Below are positions 50,205 through 58,517 of a stretch of 64,000 bases of DNA, in pieces. The stretch comes from an uncultured bacterium (GTDB taxonomy: Bacteria > Zixibacteria > MSB-5A5 > JAABVY01 > JAHJOQ01), in assembly GCA_965369655.1 (NCBI GenBank), contig CBDUQR010000005.1, positions 1 through 64,000 on the forward strand, given 5' to 3'. Every line of letters starts with the position of its first letter. The stretch's first letter is position 1. The notes below the pieces were generated by a model, which was not told the origin of the DNA, searched no databases, and worked only from the letters and a program-made list of their open reading frames with translations. The translations under genes were made by a program, and so were the position numbers.

Positions 50205-50432
50205 GAATATACGATGCCCGCGATGTGATGTTTCATAAGCTCAGGCGCAAAATAGATTGCACCTGTGCAAAAGACAAACAAAATATGCCTGATTACATTG
50301 ACCCGAATGATCTGTGGTTCCAAGTCAATGCACGATACGACTTGCAGTTATTACATGGAGTGTCGTACTACCCGGGCTTGTTAGGAATGTTGCCGATTCA
50401 AAGCACTGGATGTTGTGGCTAGCAGACCTCCC

Positions 50433-50817
50433 GAGGCTGTTCCAAAGGTAGTTTCGCTGGGTCTTGGCGACGACGGAGTCGTCGGTGTGACCTGGCGATC
50501 ATGTCCCAGGAATCCATTCACAATAAAAAGCGGCAAATTAAATCGTGGCACGGGCATCTTGCCCGTGAATCATGGGCAAGATGCCCATGCTACTATAAAA
50601 GAACATATGAACATATATCCGGGACACGACACTGGCGATCTTCTGTAAGTTGTTGCCAGACGCTACTTCCATTTTTCGGTCGCCGATCCCGTCATTGACC
50701 CCGATCTTCTCCCTCCGGGATCCCGTGGGAGAGGGGATCCCCGAGGGACCGGCAGTTCACACGCCCGCCTTCGGCGGACGCAAGAACAGCCGGAACGGAT
50801 GCTTTTGGGACAGTCTC
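50433..50817. mobile_element. MITE-like non-autonomous element inserted in a REP and itself interrupted
   Basis: TIRs GAGGCTGTTCCAAA and TTTTGGGACAGTCTC. The body matches the inverted copy at 63781-63941. Confidence 0.75.
50501..50631. mobile_element. 131-bp insertion carrying a REP doublet, flanked by a 9-bp direct repeat
   Basis: CTGGCGATC at 50492-50500 and 50632-50640. Internal GTGGCACGGGCATCTTGCCCGTG-AAT-CATGGGCAAGATGCCCATGCTAC (50545-50593). Absent from the 63.8-kb copy. Confidence 0.75.
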
Positions 50818-51217
50818 AGGACATCTGCCTCCCACAGGATCTCATAACGAGCAGCGTGTCAGCAAACATAAGATTGCCACGTCGCCAGCCTGTGGCAGGC
50901 TCCTCTCGACGACGATGCTGCTGAGCGATTACGGTCGATCAGGCATGGATAAGCCCACGCTGTATTGACAGATTCCCATTATTCCTGGCTCTGGTCCATG
51001 CCGTTACGCCCATCGCCGCGAAGCAACTTGTTGATCCCCTCACTGAATGTGCTTGACCACAACAGCTTAGCTCGCCTTCTAACTGTTTTGGCCTCACAGA
51101 GCATAATGGCAGCCTGGTTGCTTCTTTCTTTGACAGGAAGTGAATTGCACAATGATGACAGCCGATAATCTTGTCAGGGACTTTGCCCTGCAGAATCGGC
51201 GAAAGGGGTGAAGTCAG

Positions 51218-51358
51218 ATGGGAAAGAGAAACAGGGAGAACTTCAAGCCGCCGAAGAAGACCTACTGGCATCTCTACAGCCTGCAGCGTCTTGAGTCGGA
51301 GAAATTCGCCAAGGTTGTCAACAAGATACTGAAACGAGAGTTCGTCCTTATCAAGTAG
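51218..51358 (+). CDS. Small basic protein (46 aa), not in the ORF track
   Basis: AAAGGGGTGA RBS, then MGKRNRENFKPPKKTYWHLYSLQRLESEKFAKVVNKILKREFVLIK*. Confidence 0.5.
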   Translation: MGKRNRENFKPPKKTYWHLYSLQRLESEKFAKVVNKILKREFVLIK

Positions 51359-51558
51359 ATAGCAGGCCTTTTTACTCCACTCTGCAGCCTCGATTCCCAG
51401 GTCCTTGGCGCTCGAAGTCCTTTCCTGACTCAGTCGAAAAGAGCGGGGTCAGTGCGTCAATCTGCCGTCAGGGACTTTTCTTGACAAACGGCTTGACAAA
51501 CGCATTGAACTCACATAAAATTGTCCAAATTTTTTCGGCTGGTTTAGAGGACATAACA

Positions 51559-52473
51559 ATGGATTTCAAGAAGTACACCATACTGGTGATCCCCAACGGA
51601 CGGGGGAAGACATACAGATTCACAGTAGACTCAATCATCCTGACATCTTTCGCAGTTTTCTCGATCGTATTCGCTGCTGCGTCGATTTTCTTCTCATATG
51701 ATTATTTCATCGAACAGTTCGATCGCACTCAACTCACCGAGCTCGAGCAGGAGAACGGACTTCTCACCGACAGGATCAGCGATATGAACGGTACGATCAC
51801 GGATATACAGAGTGAATATGCCGGCATTGTCGAAAAGGAAAAGGCGATCAGAGTCATGTTCGATCTGCCCGACATTGATCCGGCAGAAAGACAGCTCGGT
51901 ATTGGCGGTCCGGAACTGTTTGAGCTTACTGACAAATCCGATGCCCAGGTCTTTGTGTATGAAACTGAATCCCATATCGACGAATTGGTCCGACTCTCGT
52001 CATTTGAGACGCGTCAGTTTAAGACAATCTACGACAAGCTTCTCGACAAGAAAGATCAGCTTGACCATACGCCGTCGATCATGCCATGCAATGGCTACAA
52101 GACACGCGGGTATGGGTTGATGCCTCATCCGATCTCCGGCTACAAGAGATTCCATGCAGGTATCGATATCGCGAACCGTCCCGGCACGCCGATTTTCACT
52201 ACTGCAAAAGGCAAGGTTGAGTATGTTGGCACTAGAGGAAAACTCGGCAGGACTGTCATCGTTAATCACGGTAACGGATTCAAGACGATCTACGGTCATC
52301 TGAATAAGTATACGGTGAAGAAGGATCAGGAAATTGGTCGCGGTGATAAGATCGGTGAGATGGGTAACACGGGTTATTCGACCGCACCTCACTTGCATTA
52401 TGGGATCACGCTTGATGGCCGCACGGTCAATCCGTCGAAGTATATCATCCCCGAAGACCTTGTGAGCAACTGA
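51559..52473 (+). CDS. M23 family peptidase (TM, coiled coil, LytM domain)
   Basis: GAGG RBS and ATG 51559. HAGIDIA, YGHL, GNTGYSTAPHLHY. Confidence 0.93.
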   Translation: MDFKKYTILVIPNGRGKTYRFTVDSIILTSFAVFSIVFAAASIFFSYDYFIEQFDRTQLTELEQENGLLTDRISDMNGTITDIQSEYAGIVEKEKAIRVMFDLPDIDPAERQLGIGGPELFELTDKSDAQVFVYETESHIDELVRLSSFETRQFKTIYDKLLDKKDQLDHTPSIMPCNGYKTRGYGLMPHPISGYKRFHAGIDIANRPGTPIFTTAKGKVEYVGTRGKLGRTVIVNHGNGFKTIYGHLNKYTVKKDQEIGRGDKIGEMGNTGYSTAPHLHYGITLDGRTVNPSKYIIPEDLVSN

Positions 52474-52609
52474 TTCGCTTACAGGCATGTAACGTCTTTC
52501 CCGCGCAGGCCTTTCGCTGTCCTCAGGATATAACGGGAATCCAGAACCGGTTTCAGATAGCGCTTATTTACAGTGGCTCGAAGAATGGCTTGCCTGGACC
52601 CCTGGCTCC

Positions 52610-52899
52610 GGGCTTGTTGAGAAAGGTAATAAGCATGGGATTCCAGGCGATCGTTAGATCTCGCTGTCATTGCGAGCGACCGTCGGTCGCCGATCCCGTC
52701 ATTGACCCCGATCTTCTCCCTCCGGGATCCCGTGGGAGAGGGGATCCACGAGGGACAGGGAGCATGGCAATCTCATGTTGGAAATCATATTGCATGAACT
52801 GAGATCACCACGTCTCCTTCGCAGCTCAGGACTGGGCTGTCGCTCCTCGTGATGACGACAACACAGACCTGCACACAATAAAGGTTTTTCAACAGGCCC
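52610..52899. mobile_element. Second MITE-like element containing nested palindromic repeats
   Basis: TIRs GGGCTTGTTGAGAAA and TTTTTCAACAGGCCC (13/15 match). The interior 52666-52858 is an inverted, insertion-bearing copy of 60968-61066. Confidence 0.65.
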
Positions 52900-52954
52900 C
52901 TTCGCGGGAATGACGCTACTTCCTTTCGCAAACATGATTACCTGCTTTTCGCGT

Positions 52955-52981
52955 CTTTTGGGACAGCCTCGGGACGTCTGC
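52955..52981. repeat. Orphan TIR and REP half identical in type to the end at 50802-50828
   Basis: CTTTTGGGACAGCCTCGGGACGTCTGC. Confidence 0.65.
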
Positions 52982-52991
52982 AACCCAATCC

Positions 52992-53552
52992 TCACAATAT
53001 CTCTCTTACTATCTCCGGGCGCGGGCGCGGGATGACAATCTTGTTCACCAGCAGTCCCTGGCGTGAGATCACTTCTGCGCCAGCATCGACAGCGGCGGTA
53101 ACAGCAGAAACCTCGCCGGTCATTGTCACGAACGCTTTGCCGCCAAGTGCCATAGCAAGCCTGATTTCGAGCAGCTCGACGTCGGCTGCTTTGACCGCCG
53201 CATCGGCGCCCTCGATAAGCGATGCGACAGAGAACGATTCGAGTACACCCATCGCATCGAGGTTCTTGACGACATTTGTCGCAGTCAGCGCCGGAAATAT
53301 CGAGTGATGTACATTCGGAATGATGAATGTGTCGATCACCGCTTCAGCAGCAACTCGTTCGCCATCCTGCACCGATGACGTCACCGCTGCGACATCGCCG
53401 GTCACCATCACGATGTACTTCCCGGAGCAAATCGTCCTGTTCATGACCAACTCGACCGCCGCGGCCTTGAGCATCGCGTCAGCCGCCTCGATGCCCTTGG
53501 CAATCGACGAGAACTCGATCAAGCCAATACATTCTCTTATGATTTCGCCCAT
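52992..53552 (-). CDS. pduT: Tandem BMC shell protein (BMC-T), PduT-like
   Basis: Two BMC domains, GIEAADAMLKAA, RTICSGKY (FeS-ligating Cys), RLAMALGGKAF. Confidence 0.9.
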   Translation of the reverse strand: MGEIIRECIGLIEFSSIAKGIEAADAMLKAAAVELVMNRTICSGKYIVMVTGDVAAVTSSVQDGERVAAEAVIDTFIIPNVHHSIFPALTATNVVKNLDAMGVLESFSVASLIEGADAAVKAADVELLEIRLAMALGGKAFVTMTGEVSAVTAAVDAGAEVISRQGLLVNKIVIPRPRPEIVREIL

Positions 53553-54871
53553 CAGTTGACCTCTATCGTAATCGAATCGTCAATGTTCACAACTCGTCCG
53601 TTCACGGATGAATGCACGGGCGCGCCGAGCTTGTCGGTCGGTACGTTCCCGATCATATCGCCTTCAGACACATGTGCACCGACATCGACAGTCGGTTCGC
53701 ATTGCACGCCAATATGCTGCTTCAGTGGAATAGTCACAGTCTGCGGCTTGAAATCGATCTCGGTGAACGGCGCAGGATGAGCATATCTATTCAGTCCAAG
53801 CTTGGTCTGGAGTTTGCTGGTCGGCACACGTCTGTGTTCTTTCATCGGATGAACTCTAACCGGCGCGGTCTGCTCCCATTTGACGCCTTTATTCTGGAGA
53901 GCAATCTTGGAATTGACGCAGGCATCACGCGGTTCGAGTTCTTCCGGACAGGCATACAGGCTGCATAGATTGCACTCACTACAGAGAAGCGCATGTATTG
54001 AAAACAGGTCGCGCTTTTCGCCCTCAAATCCGAGCGATCGCATGACCTTGTGCGGTTCGATCGCGTAGCCGAGAAGATACCGCGGACAGAATTCAGTGCA
54101 GTATGTACACTGGTCGCATGCTGATTTGCCGATGCGGTCTGATTGCTTCTTTGGCATCGACTTGCGGTAGATCAGCCGGTTGGATTTCGGCAGGACGATA
54201 AACCCAGCCGACGTCTTGACAATCGGCTTGTCGAAATCGGTCAGCACTTTGCCCATCATGGCTCCGCCATCGAGCACGGCAGGCTCGTCATCATTGAACG
54301 ACACGCCACCAGCGACATCGATAAGATCGCGGAATGAAGTACCCAACGGCACTTCAACAGTCATCGGATTCCTGACAGCGCCAGCGACAGTGACGTACTT
54401 AGTTGTCACTGGCGTTCCATCCGCAGCGTTTCTGATATTCCGGAGTGTCTCGACATTGTTGACAATACAGCCGACCTGAAGTGGCAATCCCTCAGGCGGA
54501 ATCAGTCGGCCCGTTACATGATATACGATTTCGTATTCATCGCCGGCAGGATAGAAATCTCCGAGGAGCGACAGGCTGATCTTATGTTTCGGGCAAAATC
54601 GATTGAATTTCCCGACTGCGCTTTTATGCTTCTCCTTGAGAGCGACATGACGTTCCCCTGCCCCGACATAGTCGGCGGCAAGATTGAGACCGATCAGAAT
54701 ATCCTCGGCCTCGCGTTTCATCAGTTCGTTGTCTTTGGCAAGAAGAGGCTCGCACTCGGCGCCATTAGCGAGATAGTACTCGACGCGCGATTCGAGCTTT
54801 ACATGTGTGGGAAAACCGGCGCCCCCAGCACCTACAACGCCTGCAGCTTTTACTTTGTCCTTAAGGTCCAT
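53552..54871 (-). CDS. pduS: PduS-like (RnfC-related) flavin/FeS oxidoreductase
   Basis: GVVGAGGAGFPTHVK, NGAECEPLL, YPAGDE, SLBB domain, two 4Fe-4S motifs, C-terminal PLKQHIG domain. Confidence 0.88.
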   Translation of the reverse strand: MDLKDKVKAAGVVGAGGAGFPTHVKLESRVEYYLANGAECEPLLAKDNELMKREAEDILIGLNLAADYVGAGERHVALKEKHKSAVGKFNRFCPKHKISLSLLGDFYPAGDEYEIVYHVTGRLIPPEGLPLQVGCIVNNVETLRNIRNAADGTPVTTKYVTVAGAVRNPMTVEVPLGTSFRDLIDVAGGVSFNDDEPAVLDGGAMMGKVLTDFDKPIVKTSAGFIVLPKSNRLIYRKSMPKKQSDRIGKSACDQCTYCTEFCPRYLLGYAIEPHKVMRSLGFEGEKRDLFSIHALLCSECNLCSLYACPEELEPRDACVNSKIALQNKGVKWEQTAPVRVHPMKEHRRVPTSKLQTKLGLNRYAHPAPFTEIDFKPQTVTIPLKQHIGVQCEPTVDVGAHVSEGDMIGNVPTDKLGAPVHSSVNGRVVNIDDSITIEVN

Positions 54872-54921
54872 TTATACCAATCGCAGGTTTGAGTCAACTC
54901 GGATCAGGGTCACTAACTCCC

Positions 54922-55100
54922 GTAGGTCGGCGTTCCGCAGCCCCGCGGGGCGGGGCAAGAAACCCGACTCTCGTATAACAAGATAGAGGTGTCGCGTTTC
55001 TCATCCCGCTTTGCGGGATTCGGAACACGACCTACTATTGGGGCAGACGAGGACGTCTGCCGCCCACAAACATTGGCAGATGTGGACATCTGCCGTACAC
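54922..55100. repeat. Cluster of REP elements
   Basis: GTAGGTCGGCGTTCCG...AGAAACCCGAC with inverted partner GTCGCGTTTCT...CGGAACACGACCTAC, then two GGCAGA(C/T)G.GGAC(G/A)TCTGCC..CAC copies. Confidence 0.7.
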
Positions 55101-55109
55101 GAGGCGCAA

Positions 55110-55457
55110 CTATGCTCCGCCGCCTTTCGGTACATCAATCTGATCTCTCCATCTGATGTACGAAAGGTGCGAGTCCGAATGAACTTCATCCCTGTCGATC
55201 TCCAGCTCGTCAATGATGCCCACCACCGCAGCCTCGATCGAACAGTTCTCGTTGCCAACCGCGAGTCGTGCCGCGCGACCATAGGCGACCATGACCATCT
55301 CGCCGATACCGGCGCCGAGGACATCCGCAGCGACAACGATGTTCTGCGTTGGGACTTTGTCAAGGTCGTACGGATGGATGATCAGGAATCTCAGTGATTC
55401 GATATTGACCGTCTTCTTGGTGGACCAGAGTGTACCTACTACTTTTCCTACAAACAT
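55110..55457 (-). CDS. eutN: BMC vertex pentamer (EutN/CcmL) with a C-terminal extension
   Basis: MFVGKVVGTLWSTKK...VAADVLGAGIGE.V...G.AAR...AAVVGIID. Confidence 0.93.
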   Translation of the reverse strand: MFVGKVVGTLWSTKKTVNIESLRFLIIHPYDLDKVPTQNIVVAADVLGAGIGEMVMVAYGRAARLAVGNENCSIEAAVVGIIDELEIDRDEVHSDSHLSYIRWRDQIDVPKGGGA

Positions 55458-55982
55458 TTAATCTATCCCGAGTGTTTTTTTGATTTCTTCTATGAGTTTC
55501 GACTTGGACGCCTTCGATATTTCTCTGCCCTGAATTCCGAGTTTCGGGAGTTTCCGAGCGAATTGTCGCAACGCCGCGACCGTCATCGCCTGAAGCTGAT
55601 CGTCGGTTATATCGAAATACCTTTCCGGATCGAACGCCTTTCTCGCCCGTGGCCGGCTATCCGGCGCGCCGGATTGAGGACCGTAGCCCCGATACTTGCT
55701 GATGAATTTGCCCGGCGGCAGGATACTGTCCAAACCATCATCCGGCCGTGGTATGACATGCACTGCAACCAGTTCCCCAACCCTCTGAGCGGCTGAAGCC
55801 CCGGCTTCCGCGGCAGCCTGCACTGCGCCGAGTTCTCCTTCGAATTTAATCGTCACAAGAGTGCTATCCGTCACCTCGGCAGTCTGTACGACAACAGCCG
55901 CCGCTTTCGCAGCAGCATCGCATGCTTCAATGGCGCCGACCAATCCGGCGGTTTCGATCAAACCTAACGCATCACGTTCCAT
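55458..55982 (-). CDS. BMC hexamer shell protein with a C-terminal extra domain
   Basis: ALGLIETAGLVGAIEACDAAAKAA...HVIPRP, plus tail MTVAALRQFARKL...GREISKASKSKLIEEI. Confidence 0.92.
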   Translation of the reverse strand: MERDALGLIETAGLVGAIEACDAAAKAAAVVVQTAEVTDSTLVTIKFEGELGAVQAAAEAGASAAQRVGELVAVHVIPRPDDGLDSILPPGKFISKYRGYGPQSGAPDSRPRARKAFDPERYFDITDDQLQAMTVAALRQFARKLPKLGIQGREISKASKSKLIEEIKKTLGID

Positions 55983-56076
55983 AGAACTCCAAGACTATGC
56001 GCCAATATAACATCCGAGTGCAATGGCGCGCAACCGGTTTGAAGACAAATCAGGGAACGGTTTTTCTGCAAAGGCA

Positions 56077-56949
56077 TCAGATAGATCTCATTCTGCGCGC
56101 GATCACAACCCGTTCGATCTTGCTGTAGTCGAGCGCGATGTCGAGCAATTCCAGATGCGCCGTATGATCGACAAGACTCCGGACCTCATCCGATTGCCCC
56201 AGACCAATCTCGAAAATCAGAAAACCGCCCGGAACCAGAACAGAATCGATCTCCTTCAGCATCCGCCTGATGAAATCAAGACCATCCGGCCCCGACGTGA
56301 GAGCCGTCGCTGGCTCGTACTCCGTGATCTGGCGATGCAAAGATGGAACATCGGCCTCCCGAATATATGGCGGATTGCAGACGACGGTGTCGAAAAGGAC
56401 TCCCTTGTTCCGGACAGGTTCAAACATGTCGCCTGTGTGAAACTCGAATCTCTGCTGCAGGTTGTGCATCATCACGTTTTCTTTTGCGAGGCTGATCGAA
56501 TCTTCGGAGATGTCTGTGGCCACAACCGTCGCCTGTGGCAGATTCATCGCCAGCGCGATACCGATACATCCTGTTCCGCATCCGAGATCGAGGATGTACA
56601 GCCTGTCGAGTTCCTCGAGACGTTCAATCGCCTGCGACACCACAAATTCCGTCTCCGGTCGCGGGATCAGAGCGCGATTGTCGCACTTGATCTTCAGGCC
56701 GTAGAACTCTGTCTCACCGAGTATATGTTGCAGAGGCTCGTAAGCAAGCCGTCTCGACATAAGGCTTTCAAATTTCTCAACTATGTCCGAGGTTACCATC
56801 CTGTCGGGATCGAGGTAGAGATCGATCCGGGAGCATCCCATGATCGAACAGATCATCCGTTCGACATTGATGCGGCAGGCATCGATCTCGATTGCTTCAA
56901 GCCTCGATGCTGCGGAGTTGATCAGATCGAGAAGTCTCTGTTCGGCCAT
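56077..56949 (-). CDS. prmC: Release factor glutamine methyltransferase
   Basis: EPLQHILG, LIPRPETE, LDLGCGTGCI, NPPYI. Confidence 0.95.
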   Translation of the reverse strand: MAEQRLLDLINSAASRLEAIEIDACRINVERMICSIMGCSRIDLYLDPDRMVTSDIVEKFESLMSRRLAYEPLQHILGETEFYGLKIKCDNRALIPRPETEFVVSQAIERLEELDRLYILDLGCGTGCIGIALAMNLPQATVVATDISEDSISLAKENVMMHNLQQRFEFHTGDMFEPVRNKGVLFDTVVCNPPYIREADVPSLHRQITEYEPATALTSGPDGLDFIRRMLKEIDSVLVPGGFLIFEIGLGQSDEVRSLVDHTAHLELLDIALDYSKIERVVIARRMRSI

Positions 56950-56954
56950 CTTGC

Positions 56955-57179
56955 CTACAGGCTCGGCATGAACAGACCGGTGTCAATAATGGTCGGGTCG
57001 TCGGGGAAATCAAAGCCGGAACAGCCGAGTTTCTTGTTTCCGTGGATTGTGTAGCGCAAAGTCGAATTGCTGCGTTTGGACGATTCAGCAGCGTCGACCG
57101 CGCCGAACGGTATCAGCGGGGCGACTGCCGCAACCGCAGTCGCGGTGCCCATTGTTTTCAGGAACTCGCGGCGGTCCAT
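56955..57179 (-). CDS. Small twin-arginine (Tat) signal peptide protein
   Basis: MDRREFLK, hydrophobic stretch and VDA/AA cleavage-like site. GAGG RBS. Packed between tldE and prmC. Confidence 0.75.
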   Translation of the reverse strand: MDRREFLKTMGTATAVAAVAPLIPFGAVDAAESSKRSNSTLRYTIHGNKKLGCSGFDFPDDPTIIDTGLFMPSL

Positions 57180-58517
57180 CTAAGCCTCTTCCTCCACGAG
57201 ATTGAAATTCTCTATCAGTGCGTGCGGCACAAGCATGACAACGGAAAACTGGGGATAGAGCACGCGCTCTTTCGAGAGCATCAACATATTCGAAAAGGCT
57301 TCGAGTATCGACTGCTGTATCCTCATGTTCACGATCGCATCGCTGACCTTGCCGTTCTCGATCAGAAATGTGCCGTCGCGCGTGGTGCCGGTCACCATCG
57401 TCCGCATCGGATTCAAATAGTTGATATACCAGAAATGTGTGATATATATGCCGTGTTTGACCGACCGGATCATCTCGTCAACAGTCGCGCTCCCGCCCCC
57501 CATCACCATGTGCTTCGGATACGGCGTGAAGCTCTTTGTCGCGACATGAGCATGCCCGGTCGATGACGAACCCATCAGGTTCGCATCGTAGGAATTCGAG
57601 ACGACGCCTTTGGCTATGCCATTGGTCACAAGTTCAACGGTTTTCCGTGGAACGCCTTCGTAATCGAACGGCATACCGAGCATCTTTGGATTCGATGCGT
57701 CATCCTTGACCGTGAATTTGTCACCGGCGATCATCTCGCCGATCTTGCCGGCCATGAATGATCTGTGCTGAACAAACGTCCCGCTGCCGAATCCCATGAA
57801 TCCGAGGAAGAGCAGCAATTGCCCGACGGCGGCAGGTTCGAGCAGCACCGTATACTGCCCGGATGGAAGAGTGACAGGGTTCCTGCTCGCGGTCGCCTTG
57901 CGTGTGGCTCTTTCGGCAACGCCGGAGGGACGGATGTTCGCGACATCGCGGTTGTAGCCTATCGCATAGCCGGATAAGCCGTCATCGCCGCTGACAGTGA
58001 GGGAAAGCTCCGCCTTTGTGCCCTCGAAATACTGCTCTGTTCCGAGCGAGTTGATCACTGCCACACGGTCCGTTACAGTCTTGAATGCACCGGCGGTACG
58101 GAATCCCTGCACGCCCGCGACTTTGTTCATCTGCCAGACTGCGTTTGCGCGGTCGGCAGGAGAATAGTTCGCAGTCGATTCGAAAAACGCACCCACATCC
58201 GGGACCTTCTCTGACTTCGGCAGTGAAACAAACCGCTCGTCATCCTCCTGGAATGAGCTTATGTCAACAGCGTCGGAGATTGCTCGCTTAACCGCATCGA
58301 TTCCGAGCTTGTTTGTGGATGCCACTCCGATCTTCTTGCCGTTGACTACTCTCGCGATTATCGAGCAGTCGTTTCTCATAAGGTTCTGCTGAATCTGGCT
58401 CTCGGCAATGTGGGTCAGCGCGAAATCCTCGCCGTCATAGACCAGTTCGGCCTGATCGGCAGAAGCCGATTTCAACGCCTCATGTAGAATTGACAGGATT
58501 TGATCCTTTGACAGCAT
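57180..58517 (-). CDS. tldE: TldE/PmbA family protein
   Basis: GQYTVLLEPAAV, PFDYEGVP, STGHA, TGTTRDGTFLIENGKV. No HExxxH. Confidence 0.88.
   Translation of the reverse strand: MLSKDQILSILHEALKSASADQAELVYDGEDFALTHIAESQIQQNLMRNDCSIIARVVNGKKIGVASTNKLGIDAVKRAISDAVDISSFQEDDERFVSLPKSEKVPDVGAFFESTANYSPADRANAVWQMNKVAGVQGFRTAGAFKTVTDRVAVINSLGTEQYFEGTKAELSLTVSGDDGLSGYAIGYNRDVANIRPSGVAERATRKATASRNPVTLPSGQYTVLLEPAAVGQLLLFLGFMGFGSGTFVQHRSFMAGKIGEMIAGDKFTVKDDASNPKMLGMPFDYEGVPRKTVELVTNGIAKGVVSNSYDANLMGSSSTGHAHVATKSFTPYPKHMVMGGGSATVDEMIRSVKHGIYITHFWYINYLNPMRTMVTGTTRDGTFLIENGKVSDAIVNMRIQQSILEAFSNMLMLSKERVLYPQFSVVMLVPHALIENFNLVEEEA

Noticed and set aside
50225..51271. Short ORFs listed across this intergenic region, and at 52479-52995, 55001-55397, 60841-61124 and 63597-63988
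   Set aside because: They are translations of repeat or MITE sequence or antisense overlaps, with no RBS or protein motifs.
50415..55100. CRISPR array
   Set aside because: The repeats are palindromic, dispersed and nested, without regular spacers. No cas genes.
56955..56990. Peptide C-terminus (DTGLFMPSL) as an encapsulin or BMC targeting signal
   Set aside because: Only a vague resemblance, no encapsulin gene, and it conflicts with a Tat export signal.
56023..57054. 343-aa plus-strand ORF, and similar long antisense ORFs at 16169, 21538, 24926, 28899 and 59010
   Set aside because: Shadow frames opposite well-supported genes, with no motifs of their own.
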